Positions 9,542-24,092 of a DNA stretch of 64,000 bases are shown here, piece by piece. Origin of the DNA: Pseudogymnoascus verrucosus (taxonomy: Eukaryota). The notes under the pieces were generated by a model. The model did not search any database. It saw only the letters and a list, made by a program, of their open reading frames with translations, and had not been told where the DNA came from. Position numbers and translations under genes: made by a program. Each line of letters starts with the position of its first letter. Position 1 is the first letter of the stretch. Where the stretch lies: NCBI GenBank assembly GCA_001662655.1, contig KV460277.1. The stretch is one strand, 5' to 3'.

Positions 9542-11806
9542 TCAAATACGAAGCTTTTTAGCGACGTGGTTGATTTCGGCATCGTTCGCAAATGAACCCT
9601 CAAGAGCTTCACGGATAAACGCGTCTGCTTCATCCTCCTTGTCATCCTGTATTACGCTGGCGCTAATAGTTGACATCTTCTCTAGCGCCCCAGATCCGCC
9701 TTCACTGCCAAAGCTGTCATAGCCACGAGAGTTCTTGAAACCTGAACGATCGAGACTATCGAGAGGGTTGGTACCAAGTGAACGATTGTTTTCAGCCGCT
9801 CGGTGTTTACCTACCCTCAGTTCATTAAGCTTAACATGACTTTCCGTCCCAGGGTAATCTTCAGGCCATACCCAGCCGAGACTGTTGTTGTTTTGCTTCG
9901 ACATTGCCCATCGCCGAAGCTCCCGAACCCCCTGTAGGCCAATGTTGAGATCAGATGCGTAAATCATTAGCTCCATGGCTTCTCGCTCGTAGCAACGACC
10001 GAGAATGCTATCAGGAGGAAATGTGGCATTCGTTTCCGGGCTTTCTTTGTCATACCATGTGTAACCCCGCATGCATGGTGGGAGGCCTTGCGACACGAGG
10101 TCTTCGTACGTAGAACTTGAACGAACCACAGCCTTTGATTTCGGAGATGGTTGAGTCAATGTGAGACACCTGCCCTCGAAGAAGAGGTTTCCGGCCGGCG
10201 ATTCTGCCTCGAGGTGTTCTAACACGTAAGATATTTCCTTGACGACCAAGACAGAATCAATGACTTCCTGGTCATCAATAGGCATGAGACGCACAGCATC
10301 CCCTTCAATGATTTTTTCCGCACCCAACCAGATCCCTCGGCACTTGAATTTGGCGTGGAGGGATTCTGATTCCGCCTCCGGAGAATCCGAACTAGTAAAT
10401 ATCCTCGTGAATGCGCAAGGATCGAACGGAAATAGTTTGGACATCGTATGAGCGGTTGGCATGATATTACTCTCCCATAGAGTTTGATCCTGGCCGTGTT
10501 GTAACTCTCGTAACATCGAAAATGGTCTAATGTGGCTGAGTTCCACATTTAACTTTGCTGGCATCGATTGGGAAAGCGAGTCTGATGGGAGGACCTCAAC
10601 GCAAATCATTGGGGCCGATCTTTTCTTTCCTTTCAAGGCTGAAAATGCGAGATCTTCAACATGCGCTTCGCCTGGCTCTGGAGCGGACATAACCCGACCT
10701 GCTTCCCATTTTGGCCATCCACCAAACTGCCCTGTCTTTTCGTCAAAGAGCTTCAGGTACTGCGTGCTCTCATCCATACAAACTGCGGGCTCGTCGTTGT
10801 AAAAAAGCACAATTTCATTCTCTCTCGGCTGGAAGGAATGACATTCGTGGAGAATCGAATCGTATTCCACGTGGGGGTTAAAGAGACGATAGCTCCAGCC
10901 CATTGGTTCATTGTAGTTGAAATCCAACGCCAAGGTCAAGTCCCGGGCCTTCGTATTATGGCTTCGATATAAGAGATCGATATACTTTTGGGCAGGGTTG
11001 ATATCAAAGACATCTCCTGGCAGCGCCTGGGGCTTGCGCCCAGACAGTCTCTGCCCATCTGGCTTCTGATAGGACTTGTTGGATTTGCAATTGACACACT
11101 CACATTCGGTCTGCCCTCCACTCATCAAGTGTTTAAAGTGGACAAAGAACTTAATTGGAGAGTCAAACTTTCCCTTTGGGTGTCCAAATAGATACCTGTC
11201 AACCTGAAGCTACGTTAGCCCCATTATGAACTTGATAATTGAGGTATTAACACACATGTGTGCCATTTTTCCGCGTCTTTGTGTAGATGCGATAATCTTT
11301 GGGCAAGGCCGATAATATGTACGTTGTATCTGTCATTCATGTTATTTATGCAACAAAAAAGAGGTGCCATTCTTATTTGCTCTCTGAATAGCGGAGTTGA
11401 CATAGAACAGAATGGATATGCTGGAAGAAGAAGTGTGCGGGGGATTGCCCAAGGTTTGTGTTCACCAGGAGGTGGAAGTGAGATTGAGCGAGATTGAACA
11501 ATAGATCGGACGGTATATAAAACGCGTGTGGACTCTGTGAGAAGAAAAAAAGTAATAGACTCGTTGAGACATATCTTACTGCACCTTTTGATGGTAATGT
11601 GTGCTTGCAGAATACAAAACTAAAGACGTACCTTTTCGAGACTGCCCAATACTATCCATCCACTGGGATCCCAACGACCTATGATAGTAATCATCATTTG
11701 GTTTAAAAATATAGCTTGATTCCGCGGGCCAGTATTCACTGCCACCATCTGAAAAGTCCCTCTCGAGATCAATGATAGAGGTCTGGCGCGGCGCTTGAGG
11801 CGCCAT
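9542..11806 (-). CDS. clr2: Cryptic loci regulator 2 (Clr2)-like transcription-silencing protein; 3 exons
   Basis: N-terminal SDGGSEYWP; spliced YILSALPKDYRIYTKTRKNGTH|VDRYLFGHPKGKFDSPIKFFVH...CECVNC; C-terminal GIWLGAEKIIEGDAVRL and ILGRCYE motifs typical of fungal Clr2. Confidence 0.8.
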
Positions 11807-12503
11807 TTCTAAAGTCTTCTGGAGTTTGTTTTGCAAAATTGAAGAGAGAATCACGTCGGGGTCAAACTTCCCATCAACAGACGCTCCCGTGTTGAGATCC
11901 AATCATCAAGGATCATTGGAGATGTAATCATGTGAACTTGTGTTACAACATAAGGGTAATAAGGTTATAAGGTCAGTAAACATTGTCGATATCCACCATC
12001 TCGCTTCGCCAATGCGCTTAATTGCCGCCACCGACTGCTGCTGCTACTTTCGACGATCAACAAGCATTTGAGCCTCCCAGGGTGATAGCTTCCAGGAACC
12101 CTGATAACAAATAGCAATTTACTCATGTCTTAGAATAGCTTCAAATGGATATGTGGCGGCCTCATACACTACATCTCGTACAAGAAGTCGAAGCTTCTTG
12201 AAGCCATTATAATGAACCACGTAGATATGAACCAGACTGCCTTTAATGATACTTGACAAGAAGCAAGTCAATTAACTTCTATTTTACAGATTGCACCGTG
12301 GACCTAGTGTGCGGCACAAGTTACAATGTCTCTTGTAAGAACGTCCCTTGCCCTTGTAAAACAGCTTTTCTCGAACTTCCGTATCAATTATATCTAGAAA
12401 TCCAGTACAGTCCGCGCCGCCAAAGCCGAAAATGCCGCATGTCTTAGAACCCCAGGTACAAAAGCGAATAACAGTGGAAACTCCCCAAAGTGGGCGCGTC
12501 GAA

Positions 12504-13052
12504 TCAGCTGGAGAATCGGCGGGTGATTTTGGCGATGACTACGGGTCTGTTAGCGAATGGTTTTTTGTGTCATTGGGGAATGTATCATACCGTGTAAAGC
12601 AACAACGCTGAAGATAAATACAATAGACAGAACGAGAACAACGACGGGGTCGACCTTGAGTCCTGGAGACTCATCGGTGTACAGCTCTGCCCAAATTGTC
12701 AGCAAGAATCCACGCGCTACCAAAGCAATAAAACCTACTCAGCATTGTGCTGCTGCTTCCACCGGCGCCAGCCGCCCTGGTGCTGCTTGGTCGTACATTC
12801 GCAACCTTGTCCTTCTGGTCCGCAGCAGCTCTCCTGCGAATAGCAGTCTTTGGTCCACCGGGTGGCGTAGGGGATGATGGACGTCCGGAGTTCTGCACGC
12901 CCGAGGAAACGGGGGATGATGCACGTGGAGAAGACTGTGATGATATAATTGTCAGTCATAAGCAACATAGTAGATGTGGGTTCAGGAGCGCGTGTCTGCA
13001 TTGCGCATTGAAACTGAATGAACCAAGAAAGTGAAGCAATTCCGCTTACCAT
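12504..13052 (-). CDS. SBH1: Protein transport protein Sec61 subunit beta; 4 exons
   Basis: ATG|intron|SSPRASSP...STRAAGAGGSSSTML|LYTDESPGLKVDPVVVLVLSIVFIFSVVALH|IAKITRRFSS*. Not captured as a single ORF in the track. Confidence 0.93.
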
Positions 13053-13881
13053 TATTCGTGGGTGATGGTTTGTGTAGATGGGAGCGACCTGTAACTCGAG
13101 AACGAAAGTGGTTTGGGTATGGCGTTCTGAGTTTGAATCTCGAGGTTGATTGACAGGATTGATGTTCGTTATAATTGAGGCCACGATTACGGACATAGTG
13201 CCCACTTAAAACGCACTACTGTGCGGCGCGGCGCTTCGATTATCCGACCAAGTCCACTTTTGCTGTAGCTCCCCACAATCTAATCTAATCTGAATAAATG
13301 GAGAAAGGGGCTGATCTTCTGGCCCGCCAAGTATAAAACAAGCTGGGCACATGGCCGGCTGGTCACAGTTACTATGGTCACGACGAGACGGTTTATGCAA
13401 TGACAGTGAGCCCAGCTGTTGGTTGAAACGGATAACTAGATTTCACTAAAAGGTGAATGTAGTCTTACACGGGTATATCATATGTGTACGCGTCCCTATG
13501 TTTTCGAAAGAGAGCTGTGAAATAACAAAGGGAAATCGCTTGATGCGTCGCAAAAATGAAAGTACAGAAACGAGTCTCAATGCCTCTGGTTATTGAATGG
13601 AGATATAATCCTCATCCTTCTTCATAGCCAGTCTGAAATTTGGCCAGCTTGGAACTTGGTGAAATTGGCCTCTCCTCCGTCAACCGACGTCCATCCACAG
13701 ACGTCCCATCTGCTCCTCCTCGGAATTGATGCGTTTAATTTCCTGACGTTCGCCTATTCAGCGAGTAATGTCCCATGCTGATTATAAGTATTAAACAGTA
13801 CATTCTATAATAGAATTGAAGATGTCAACCGAACTCCATCCGCTATGAGGCCAAGTTGCAAGAATGCATACTTTAAGAAAG

Positions 13882-15813
13882 TTAAAGAGCTACGTCCAGT
13901 ACCAGACTGACATCGCGTACTTGGGACCCCGCAAGATCTTCGAGAACAGGTATCAAATCCAGTAGCTCATTGTCATGGGCATCCGAAAACCAGCTGCTTA
14001 TAGGTACAGCATGCTGAGGGTGGAATATGTACGATGTTGGCGAATTGTCAATGATGATGGTCTCTCGTAGATCGCGGCCAACCTGGGACAGGTCTTTAAC
14101 GTAATTGCCTTGATGGTTGTAACAGCTCTCTCGGAAAAGGCGATGGTGGACAACGTTGTGTATATCGAGCTGGTCCAATAGGGGATCGCCATACTATATT
14201 ATATCAGATTTCATTTCAGGACAACTGGAAGCGGATATACTAACCTTGGAAACGGATGCTGTGAATACCACTACCTCATATAGCTCGCCAACACGCTTCA
14301 TGAACTGGTCTACTCCAGGGCGCTTAATGACATAGACGTTGTGATACTGCCCCTCAATTTCTACCGGAATTGTAAAATCTGCCTGGTGCAAAATCTGGGA
14401 TTTTGTCAGTATTATGATGCGTGAAGCCTTGTGATGGATGCAAATACCTTGAAGCTGCTGTGCACCAACGTTTCGTCGAGATCAAGGACCAAACATTTTT
14501 TCCCATTAAACCTTGGTTCAATTGGAGGTAGCAACCACTGCTGCTTTTCCTCAACGGTATCAGCAACAGATGGTCCCTGGGTCTGACTTAGCGCAGTGCC
14601 GTTGGTGCCTGCTCCAGCTATCGGGGGAGGTGGGGGTAATGTCGTATTGGCTGTATTCGTCTGTTGATCTCCCTCCACGTCTTTGGTGGTGTTGCCCTCT
14701 CCAGAGTCGCTCGTGTTAACTGTCGTATCAACCTCATTGTTTGTGTCATTCTGAGACGAGATGGGAACGCTGCTGTCTTGTTGGGGAATAATCGGAGTTG
14801 GCGCCTGGACAAATACCACAGGGTTTGATGCACCGGGGGCGTTTGTGTTTGCGACCGATTCCTCGGCATCTCGTGGTAAAGCAGGTAGCGGCTGGTTACG
14901 AGAATCCTTTGAGTTGGCATGCTGCTCGGCGACAGCTTGTTGTTGTTTGAGACCAGTTCCTTCAACAGATGGTCGGCCATCGTTATCGGTGGTATTATTT
15001 GGGACCATGGCTGCCTTTTCCGGTTGCGCAGATTTATGGCTTGTGATTACGTCGGGGACGGTTGACACTGGTTTGCTTGGTGTCGTCGCCCTAGCTTGAG
15101 AAGTGGTTGAGGTAGTCGGCTTTACAGGAAGAGCTGTTTCTTCCGGGTCGATCCCATTCGCACTGTCGGGAACGCCGCAGCAGTTCAGAAAAGACAAGAA
15201 ACCTCGAGACTTCTTTGGCTTTTGCATTTGTGCTGATTGAGAAGATGTAGCATTAACTGTCGCCGGTGTGCTTTCAGCAGCTGCAGGAGATGTTGCCGAT
15301 CTCTTACTGCTCGTTAAACTGCCGTTGCGCTTTTCGCCGATGATGCTGGAGTTGGACTTCCTTGAACCTCCCCCTATGCTGCCAGTTGGATCGCTGGCTG
15401 TGGCTCCACTGAGGGCTGTCGCGGTCGGCGAAGACTGTATCTTGTGCGACGATGATCGCGAAGGCACATGCAGGAGGGTATGATTCTTCTTTAGTGTGTC
15501 GTTTGTTGTGACTGACGATTCGTCGCCAACTGGTACAGAGGTCAGGTCGGGCTCGTTCGAAGTCTGGTCTCGTTGGCTGTCGGCGACTGAAGTGGAGATG
15601 ATGTTAGCCTGGTGAACACAGTTCATCAACCATCGATGGATCCCAATAAATTGGATTGCCAACATGAATTTATGCTGGTAAGCATGAAGGAAGAGTGCGA
15701 TGCTTACAATGGTTCGATGTGGTGGAAGCTTTCGATGTGTAACCGTTCTTCTGCTCTACTGTAGATGAGCGAACGGATTCATGCTCAACCGGCTGAGCGA
15801 CCTCATTACTCAT
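13882..15813 (-). CDS. PSR1: Psr1/Psr2-like SCP/FCP (HAD family) phosphatase
   Basis: [55 protein letters not shown] is a putative palmitoylation site. ATG at 15813 is inferred. Confidence 0.92.
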
Positions 15814-16326
15814 CGAGGGCGACTCGAGGCCTCGATAGACCTACCGTGATGCGCCGTGATTGCTGTTGATGCCTCGTCTTGATCCAGGCTCACCGCCGCA
15901 CTCGTCGCTCGGTTGACCCGAGGCGGGTGTGGCTGGGCGCGTAATAAGGAGAGGGTGGAGATCTCGGCAGATTAGCTCGCGGGTTTGGGTTGAGTCGCGA
16001 CAATTGGCGAAGTCAAGGGACGGTGGATAAATGGGCGACGCAGATGATGATATTTGTCCTCAAAAACTCCCAGTTGCGCGTAGTTGAGGTTACTGGGGGG
16101 TTGAGGTTTGATAGGATTTTGGTGGTGGTGGAGATGGGAAGGAAGGGAAGGCACGGGGGTTGGCAGAGGAGCAGGTTGGCGACTTTGGGGTTTGATTATT
16201 GACAAGAGGCTGAAGGCGATTGAGGCGGACGCTAGTAAGATGCAACCGAGATGATCGATTGGACGGTGGAACTGACATGAATGGTCAGTGCAGCAGTCAC
16301 ATCACACATAATTTGTCTTTGAAGGC

Positions 16327-16475
16327 ATCCTATTAGGCCTATTAGACCTATTAGACCAATAAGACGAATTAGACGAATTAGACCTATAAGACATTTTGTA
16401 TTAGAGCGTGTTAAGCCATGTTAGGCCATGTTAGACGGTATTGGCCTTATTGGGCCTATTAGACCTATTAGAGAC
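16327..16475. repeat. Degenerate ~10-bp tandem repeat (CCTATTAGAC-like) in the PSR1/WDR89 intergenic region
   Basis: cctattaggcctattagacctattagaccaataagacgaattagacgaattagacctataagac... Confidence 0.7.
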
Positions 16476-17951
16476 CCCTATCCGTCGAGAAAGAGAGACA
16501 CGAGACGGGGTACTAACGGGTGCTACGGGGCCTACGGTGAGGGGGGCCTACGGGTCTCTTTGAGTAAGGTACTCTGCAGTCCTAGACAGGCAGTACATTA
16601 GTTGTACGGGTATATAGGGCAGTAATCGCGGTATTTGCGAGTACTCGTTGTCTTAACAGCTGTTCGAGTACAGGAGAGAGTACAGGAGAGTACAGTAGCT
16701 CCCGTTTTACCGGCCTGTGCTTTCTCTCCTGGTTCTACAGTAACAAAGAGTAACAAAGAGTAACGATGGCGAGATGCGAGATGCGAGATGCGAGATAAAG
16801 ACCTGCGTGTAAAGTACGGGCCGTACGGAAACGTATGTACAGTACACGTCGCCCACAGTAGTAGCGCATCTCTCAAGGTCAACATCAGCAGCTTACGGAG
16901 TATACTGTAGCACCGTATATAGCACCTCACCACTCTACGTAATACACCAGGTATACTACATATTACTACAGTATCTAGACTGTACTAGAACGCATAGTTA
17001 GTACACGTAGTTAGGATAACTAACCTCGATAGTCGAGTCGAGTCGAGTCGAGTTGAGGAGAGTAGAGTAGAGAAAGTAAAGGGGAGAAGAGCAGGAGGTT
17101 CACCTAGTTCAGTTACTACGTACGGAGTAGGTAGTTACTTCGTACATTCCGAGGACATGTAAGGAGTTAGATCGGACGGTTGGGAGTGGACACTATTGAT
17201 GTCTAGCCAGTCCTATAGCCAGATAGCCAGTCACCACAGCCAGTCCCCACAGCCAGTCCCATCGCCAGTACCAGAGTTAGAGTAAAGGTGAGTGGGGTAA
17301 GCTCATGGCAGGCACGGGCGGTACGGCGGGTAGCAGGTCCCAGAAAGGGCGACCGCAAAAACTGGGGGAGAGGAAGAACTCCAATACAACAAACGGGAGA
17401 AGCACACACACCAACCACGCACCCCAACCACACACACCACACAAACCACAGACAGCCCAGGCACGTTACCTCCATTTGCTCTAGTGCCAATATACGCGCT
17501 GAACCCCCCATCTCCAACGGCAACCCATAGCGACCAATTCGGTAGTTTGCGCCGATGCTCTGGATTCTACACTGTACGGCGTGTGGTGGTAGGTATACGC
17601 TCCAATGCGACAACGGGCACCGCGCCCACCACGCCGACAATGTCATGTACACGCAATGCTTTATATTCTATTCTCGTATGCCGTATAAACTATGCTCTAT
17701 CTATTGTGCACTTAATAACAAAATCGGACGAATTGCTCTCTCTTCCGTCTATCCTCAGCTACGACTACAGCTTTCATTCGGTCCTGTCTCTGTGATTGGC
17801 TCCTTTTGCTCCATACTTTTGGGCCTGTGTCCGTGATTTTTGGCGGGGTGCGATGGTCGCCCAACTCTCTCTACGCATGGTGGGGAGACAGAGATAAGAT
17901 AGCCTGATACGAACAATTTTCTGCCAGTTGGACTTTCAAGGTCAACCAAAT

Positions 17952-19424
17952 ATGTATACCTTGGATGCCACTGATTCTTTTGCCATTGAGCAACCATCTG
18001 GCACATATGTCTACGACATAGTGCCCGTTGCTGGTGGCATCGTCTCCATCTCCTCTGACGACACAGTGCGCCTCTTCGATCCATCAAATCTTCAACAAGG
18101 GCCGGTGTACAGCGTACCGAAAGTTAATTATGAGGTCACATGCCTCGAGGCTCTTGATCACCAAGGCTCCATTGTGTGCACTGCAGGTAGAGATGGCAAG
18201 GTAACGATTCTGGACTTGCGACAGCAGTCGCGAGTAGCTCAAATAGGGACCAGTAAGACCTGTGTGATTTCTTTCAATAATTCCATCTGGCAACCTTGAA
18301 CAGGAGATCCATGAACCCAGTTTCATACCCTGCTTTCCAGATACTGAACCCGGCATATTTTCTGCGTTGTACACCCTTTAGTCCATTAGAGGATGGGAGA
18401 TCACCGATGACCTCCAATGCTACTTTCCACATAGCCATTACTGACAAGACCACCAGGACACAACGCCCCCATATTGTCTCTCGCAACATGCAAAGATGCA
18501 TATGCAGTTGCAGCGGGCACGGAACTTACCAATGGCCAAGCAGAGGTTATTATATGGTATGTACACGTCATATGATAGATATATTCATGGCTTTTTACTT
18601 ATTGGTCAAAGGGACACCCGAAGCCTCAATGCCCCAAGGCTTCAATACACAGAGAGCCATAATGATGATGTTACAGAGGTATGCTTCGATCCGCGTGCTT
18701 CCAAAACACCCAACCTTTGCTTGTGGCTAACTACGATGACTGGCAGCTTCAATACCATCCCACCGAGACGTCTATCCTATTGTCAGGGTCAACGGATGGG
18801 CTTGTTAACCTATACAACACGACGGTGCTTGAGGAAGAAGATGCTCTTCACCAAACACTAAACCATGGCTCGTCCATCCACAAGGCAGGATTTCTCAATA
18901 ACCTTGACATATTCGCATTGTCGCATGATGAGAAATTTGCCATATATCCCATGATAACAAACACAGAAGCCAGTGTTGAAGAGCCGCCATCAACTCAGTT
19001 TGGCGATTTACGAGAAAGCCTTGGATGTGAATATGTGGCAAGTGTCTTTGGTAGACCCAATGGAGGTGTTGTTGGAATTGGGAGTCACAGGTAAGCAATA
19101 GACTGCGGGCATCGTTTCCACTGATTTAGCTGCCGGTTCTTGGAACATGCGGCGTATACTTTCCAAATGCTGACCAGTCAATATAGCCAGTCGAATTTTA
19201 GCCTTGTGCAGCTTAAGAATAGTCCTCCTTGGGCGATCTCGACTGAGTCACCTGTTACGTTATCTGGTGGCCATGGTGGGGAGGTCGTTCGCTCATTCTG
19301 CTTCTTAGACGAGGTTTGTCATACTTTCCAGCTGCTTAATACATTAATTAACGGTGCATAGTTTCGCATGATCATAACTGGTGGCGAGGACGGGCAGATA
19401 AAGGCATGGAGGTTCGATGGGTAG
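17952..19424 (+). CDS. WD40-repeat protein, WDR89/YNL035C-like; multi-exon
   Basis: SSDDTVRLFD, TAGRDGKVTILDLR, YTESHNDDVTE, LLSGSTDGLVNLYN, ALSHDEKF, GGHGGEVVRSF, TGGEDGQIKAW. Confidence 0.82.
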
Positions 19425-19852
19425 CTAAATTATCACCTCGAATTTTCCATTCTCAATTATCCCGTGTTAAGTGAATTTTTAACTAAGAATTGTTCATAGT
19501 TTGTAACAGTCCACAAAAAGGGCCCTGTATTACAATATTACATTCCTCTTGATTGTATATTTCGAGTAGGTTGAGTTGTGTGGTTTGGATGGTAAAGGTC
19601 GTAGTTGTGTTGTGAGGCTGGTCCTACCGGATAAATGTTAACCCAATTGCGGCTTATAGATGATGACAGCTTGGACTTGGAACAGATCGTGTGCTGCTGC
19701 AGTTCGGCAGAATGCTTCATTATCGCCACGAACATATAAGTTGTTGGCATGACACAACTGAATCTACATGCTGTGATGCATTTTGAGTCGTTCAGTACTG
19801 CGGGATGACCTCGTTGGTGAATGATTAGAAGCTACATCAGGGAGCTTGCAAC

Positions 19853-22539
19853 ATGAAGGGATACTGCCAACGGCGCATGCCGTTCATCATATGTACGTCG
19901 TAATTGCCCAGCAGCAACACCAGCCACTCACTGACAAGATGCAGTACTTCTACAGGTATTATATGTTACAGCTCATGTTCAACCGGCAAACGTCCATGCC
20001 GAAACCAATGACCTCAGTTCGAACAGCGATTCGCCTCCAGCTGCTCATTCAGCCCCCCAAAACGAACACGGCGAGCATGGCACAGAGTACTATCAAGGTG
20101 CGATTTCTTCAATTACTTTGATAATATTTATTAACCACAGAGTTCGTAGGTCTCGTCGGGGAAGCATTGTCCTTCTTGGAACCACTGGAGAAAGGGAACA
20201 GCCGATATGCTTCTCTCAAGACATCTCGATTTCCTAGTACCGCCCTTTACTACGTTGCCGAATTAATATCACAACTATACGTCGGCGCGCCTCCAACTGA
20301 TCAGGGGACATCCGATCAAGAGGCTAAAGGGAAGGATGGCGGGCAGACCCTGACTGGTCCCCTGTCAGATGGCGTGGCTTTACTCCGCGAGTCCGCGAAG
20401 TACAACAATTCCGATGCCATATATCTTCTGGCGCAGATGAGCTTCTACGGCAATTTCTCTTATCCGAAGAACCTCACAGAATCATTCCAGAGGTATTCAC
20501 AGCTTGCGACTCTCTCGGGCAATAGCTCAGCACAACATATGATCGGATTTATGTACGCAACTGGCGTTGGTGGAGTTGTACAACGGGATCCAGCCAAAGC
20601 CTTACTGCATCATACATTTGCGGCTCAGGCCGGTCATAGTAAATCAGAAATGACGGTTGCATTTCGCTATCAAAATGGAATCGGAACTTCACGTAATTGC
20701 GATGAAGCGGTTACTTATTATAAGAAAGTGGCTGACAAGGCAATTGCCTGGTATCGATCCGATGAACCAGGGGGGAAGACTTGGGTCTCAGACTCCTACA
20801 GCCTTGCAGATGATGATGGAGGAGTCTATGGCGAAGGTGCGAGCGCGTCCAGTGCAGGCATGAACTCGCAGCGTGGGGATGGAGGACTGGGTGCCCATGC
20901 AGCGTTAGACGATGTCCTCGAGTATCTCGATTTGATGTCTGGAAAGGGCGACTTCAAAGCTACATTCAGTTTGGGTCGCATACACTATAATGGCCAGAAG
21001 GGTCTCAACCGCGACGTGAAGGCGGCACGAAAATATTTCCAGGCTGTCGTCGGGCAATATTGGAAACGAGACGGGACTAAAGTGGATACTACGGATAAGC
21101 CTGATATCGAGAAGTTTGCTTGCAACGCCGCTGGCTATCTCGGCCGGATGTATATGAGGGGGGAGGGCGTCGATATAAACTATGATAAGGCACTACACTG
21201 GTTCCGGCGAGGAATCACTGGAGGGGACGCAGGGTCAGCAAACGGTTTAGGCTTGATGTATCTTCATGGCCTGAAGGTTTCCAAGGATGCACCTAAGGCC
21301 GCGGATTTATTTAGAGCGGCTGCTGACCAGGATTACGCCCCAGCTCAAGTTAACCTTGGCAAGTTGCACTTGGATCAGGGACGGACTGAGGATGTTCAAA
21401 TTGCCAGAAGCTACTTTGAACTAGCAGCGAGATATGGTAATATCGAAGCTTACTACTACCTCGCCGAAATTGCGAACTTTGGCATAGGCCGGGATCGCTC
21501 TTGCGGCCTCGCAGCCGCCTACTACAAGACCGTTTGTGAAAAGGCAGAGCCGTTACTTTCTTCATTTGCCGAAGCAAACGAAGCTTACGCAAATGGCGAT
21601 CGAGAATTGGCTCTTCTTGACTATATGATGACGGCAGAACAAGGCTATGAGAGAGGCCAGGCGAATGTGGCATATCTCCTCGACCAGGAAAATTCCATTC
21701 TGAAACTGTCAACCCTCTCCCCAATTTCCAAGCCGAGATCAATGCTGCTTGAAAACCCAGGCCTGGCTTTGGTCTACTGGACCCGGTCTGCAAAACAAAA
21801 TAACATTGACTCCATGGTCAAGATGGGCGACTATTACCTTAATGGCATTGGCTCCGAGCCTGACATGGAGAAAGCCGCTGCATGTTACACTGCGGCTTCC
21901 GAATTTCATCAAAGTGCTCAAGCTCTCTACAATCTAGGGTGGATGCACGAGAATGGCATCGGATTGATACAGGACTTTCATCTCGCAAAACGATTCTACG
22001 ATGAAGCACTGGAAACAAATGATGAAGCATACTTTCCAGTTACGCTCAGCTTATTGAAGCTTCGTTTGAGAAGTGCATGGAACACGTTGACTCACGGAAG
22101 GATCAACTCGATACGATATGAACCTGGTAAGTTCCAATACTTTTATTTATTTATTTGATGCTTACAACCATTAGCGCCCTCTAAACAGTGGTCCTTTTCT
22201 GAATGGATTAACAATTTCATGGAAGATGACCGCCTCCAATACATGGATTATGAAGAAGACGATCTACTTCATCGCGATGATCCAACATATGGGGCTGATG
22301 ATGGGATGTATGATGATGTCATTGAGGATGGTATAGTCGAGAGTTTCATTATAATCGCGTTGGCAGGTGCACTTGTTTGGCTTATATACTATCGGCAACA
22401 GCGACAGCTGGCTCATAGGCAGAATGACCAAGGGAATCAACCTGTTGGCGGACAGCAAGCACAACCAGACCAGGGCGTGTTCCCTAGAAACGGTGATCCT
22501 GCATTTGCACAGTGGGCCGCAGGAGGAGTAGGCCACTGA
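19853..22539 (+). CDS. HRD3: ERAD component Hrd3/SEL1L (Sel1 repeats, C-terminal TM helix)
   Basis: Multiple Sel1 repeats (AQHMIGFMYATG, SMVKMGDYYLNG, ALYNLGWMHENG, DFHLAKRFYD), TM segment FIIIALAGALVWLIYY, end WAAGGVGH. Confidence 0.92.
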
Positions 22540-22801
22540 GGATGGTTGAGAAAGAAGAGCTCTAGTTGTTTGATTATTGAAGCTCTATTCTGCATCCTGC
22601 AATTGGTGGATGGCTTCACAATTACTGTATTCCATATTAAATAAAGAAGTTATTATGTATGTGGTAAAAAATGACTGTGAGGTGAAGCGAGTGATTATGG
22701 CGGGAGTTCGCTCGCGCACCTCACCGTGTTTGTTTCAATCCCTCCGTAAAAAAATGTCCTCCACAAAGTAAACCTGTGGACACTCCCCAGTAATTATCGC
22801 C

Positions 22802-23738
22802 ATGTCTGCGCAAGACGCAAAGCGACGCCGCGCAGACTCTACTGCAGCTGCGTTATCAAGACCGTTTCGATCTCCGTTTCGAGGCACAGCAGGAAAGCCA
22901 AACAGAGATTCTCAGGACCAGCCCAGTGACCTTGGCAGAACACAACTTGACCAAACAGCCTCTCCACGGAAGGTCTCCCATACCCCAAGAGCACGGAATT
23001 CTCCATCGTTCCCATCCAAGAGGCAACAAGGCGTCAATCTTTCATCAAGGCCCTCAGACACCTCAGACACCCAATTGGAAATTGCGGCACTTGTGAAGGC
23101 CCAGCGCCAACTAAAGAACAAACTACACAGCTTGGCAGAAGAACTACACCTATGTGAGCAAGCACACAAAATCGAGCGTGGTTCACCGGGTGCCGGGTCG
23201 GGTAGTGGGGAAGTGGATGGCGAGCTTCTGCGCCTGATAGAACGATGGAAATCAGCCAGCCGTCAAGCAGCAGATGAGCTCTTTGGCAGTGCCAAGGACA
23301 AGATAAACAGGTATGTGATGAGCTCCAAATGCCAAGCTCATAACTCAAGTCATGAATGGAGTTGGTAATGATTTGTTATAGAATGGGAGGTCCACAGGCT
23401 TGGAAAGAGATGCAAGAAAAACAGCAGGAGTTTCGAAATGAGTTTAATGCCGGGTTTGAGCAAGACTCCCGTGGTGAAATGGATGACAACGATGGAAGGA
23501 GCGACACAGATACAGGAGCCAACATCGAGTTGGAGACGCATAATGAGAGGGAGGCACGTGGGGGAAATGATGATGCTGAGGATTTGAATGACAAGGTAAG
23601 TCTGAATGATGGGGATAGTGACGAATATGGGTAACAGTTTGCTTTTAGGAGTTTACGATGTCGATGATGCTGAGGTCGCTGAATGTTGAGCTCGAGGTGA
23701 TCGGCTACAGCAAAGAACATCAGATGTGGATAGATTAA
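22802..23738 (+). CDS. Sfr1/Mei5-family recombination accessory protein; 3 exons
   Basis: LSRPFRSPF, ELLRLIERWKSASRQAADELF, last exon EFTMSMMLRSLNVELEVIGYSKEHQMWID*. Confidence 0.7.
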
Positions 23739-24092
23739 CAATGCCAAACGCGGGAATAGTCAGCTCTCAATAGCCATGAGCTTCTACCATAGTTACCAAT
23801 AGCACATATGTGCCATACTTTCCAGCCTAACAAAGATAAAGAATATGGGGTGTAAAGCTCTCGCGTTGAATTGCATGGTCTATGTAAGCATTATATAAAT
23901 AAGAGAATTCCGTGCCGCAGAGCTGATTCGTATAAAAGATAATCTATTGGTATCATGCACTCCGTCAATAGGAGAAATTCATGCAGCGGAGCAAGTTAAT
24001 AAAGTACAGCCCACTCTCGGGTCACGCAACGTACAGCCCGTAGTATCACATTCTGAAAGCACCCAATCGTACTGTAACAGCAATAAACATCC

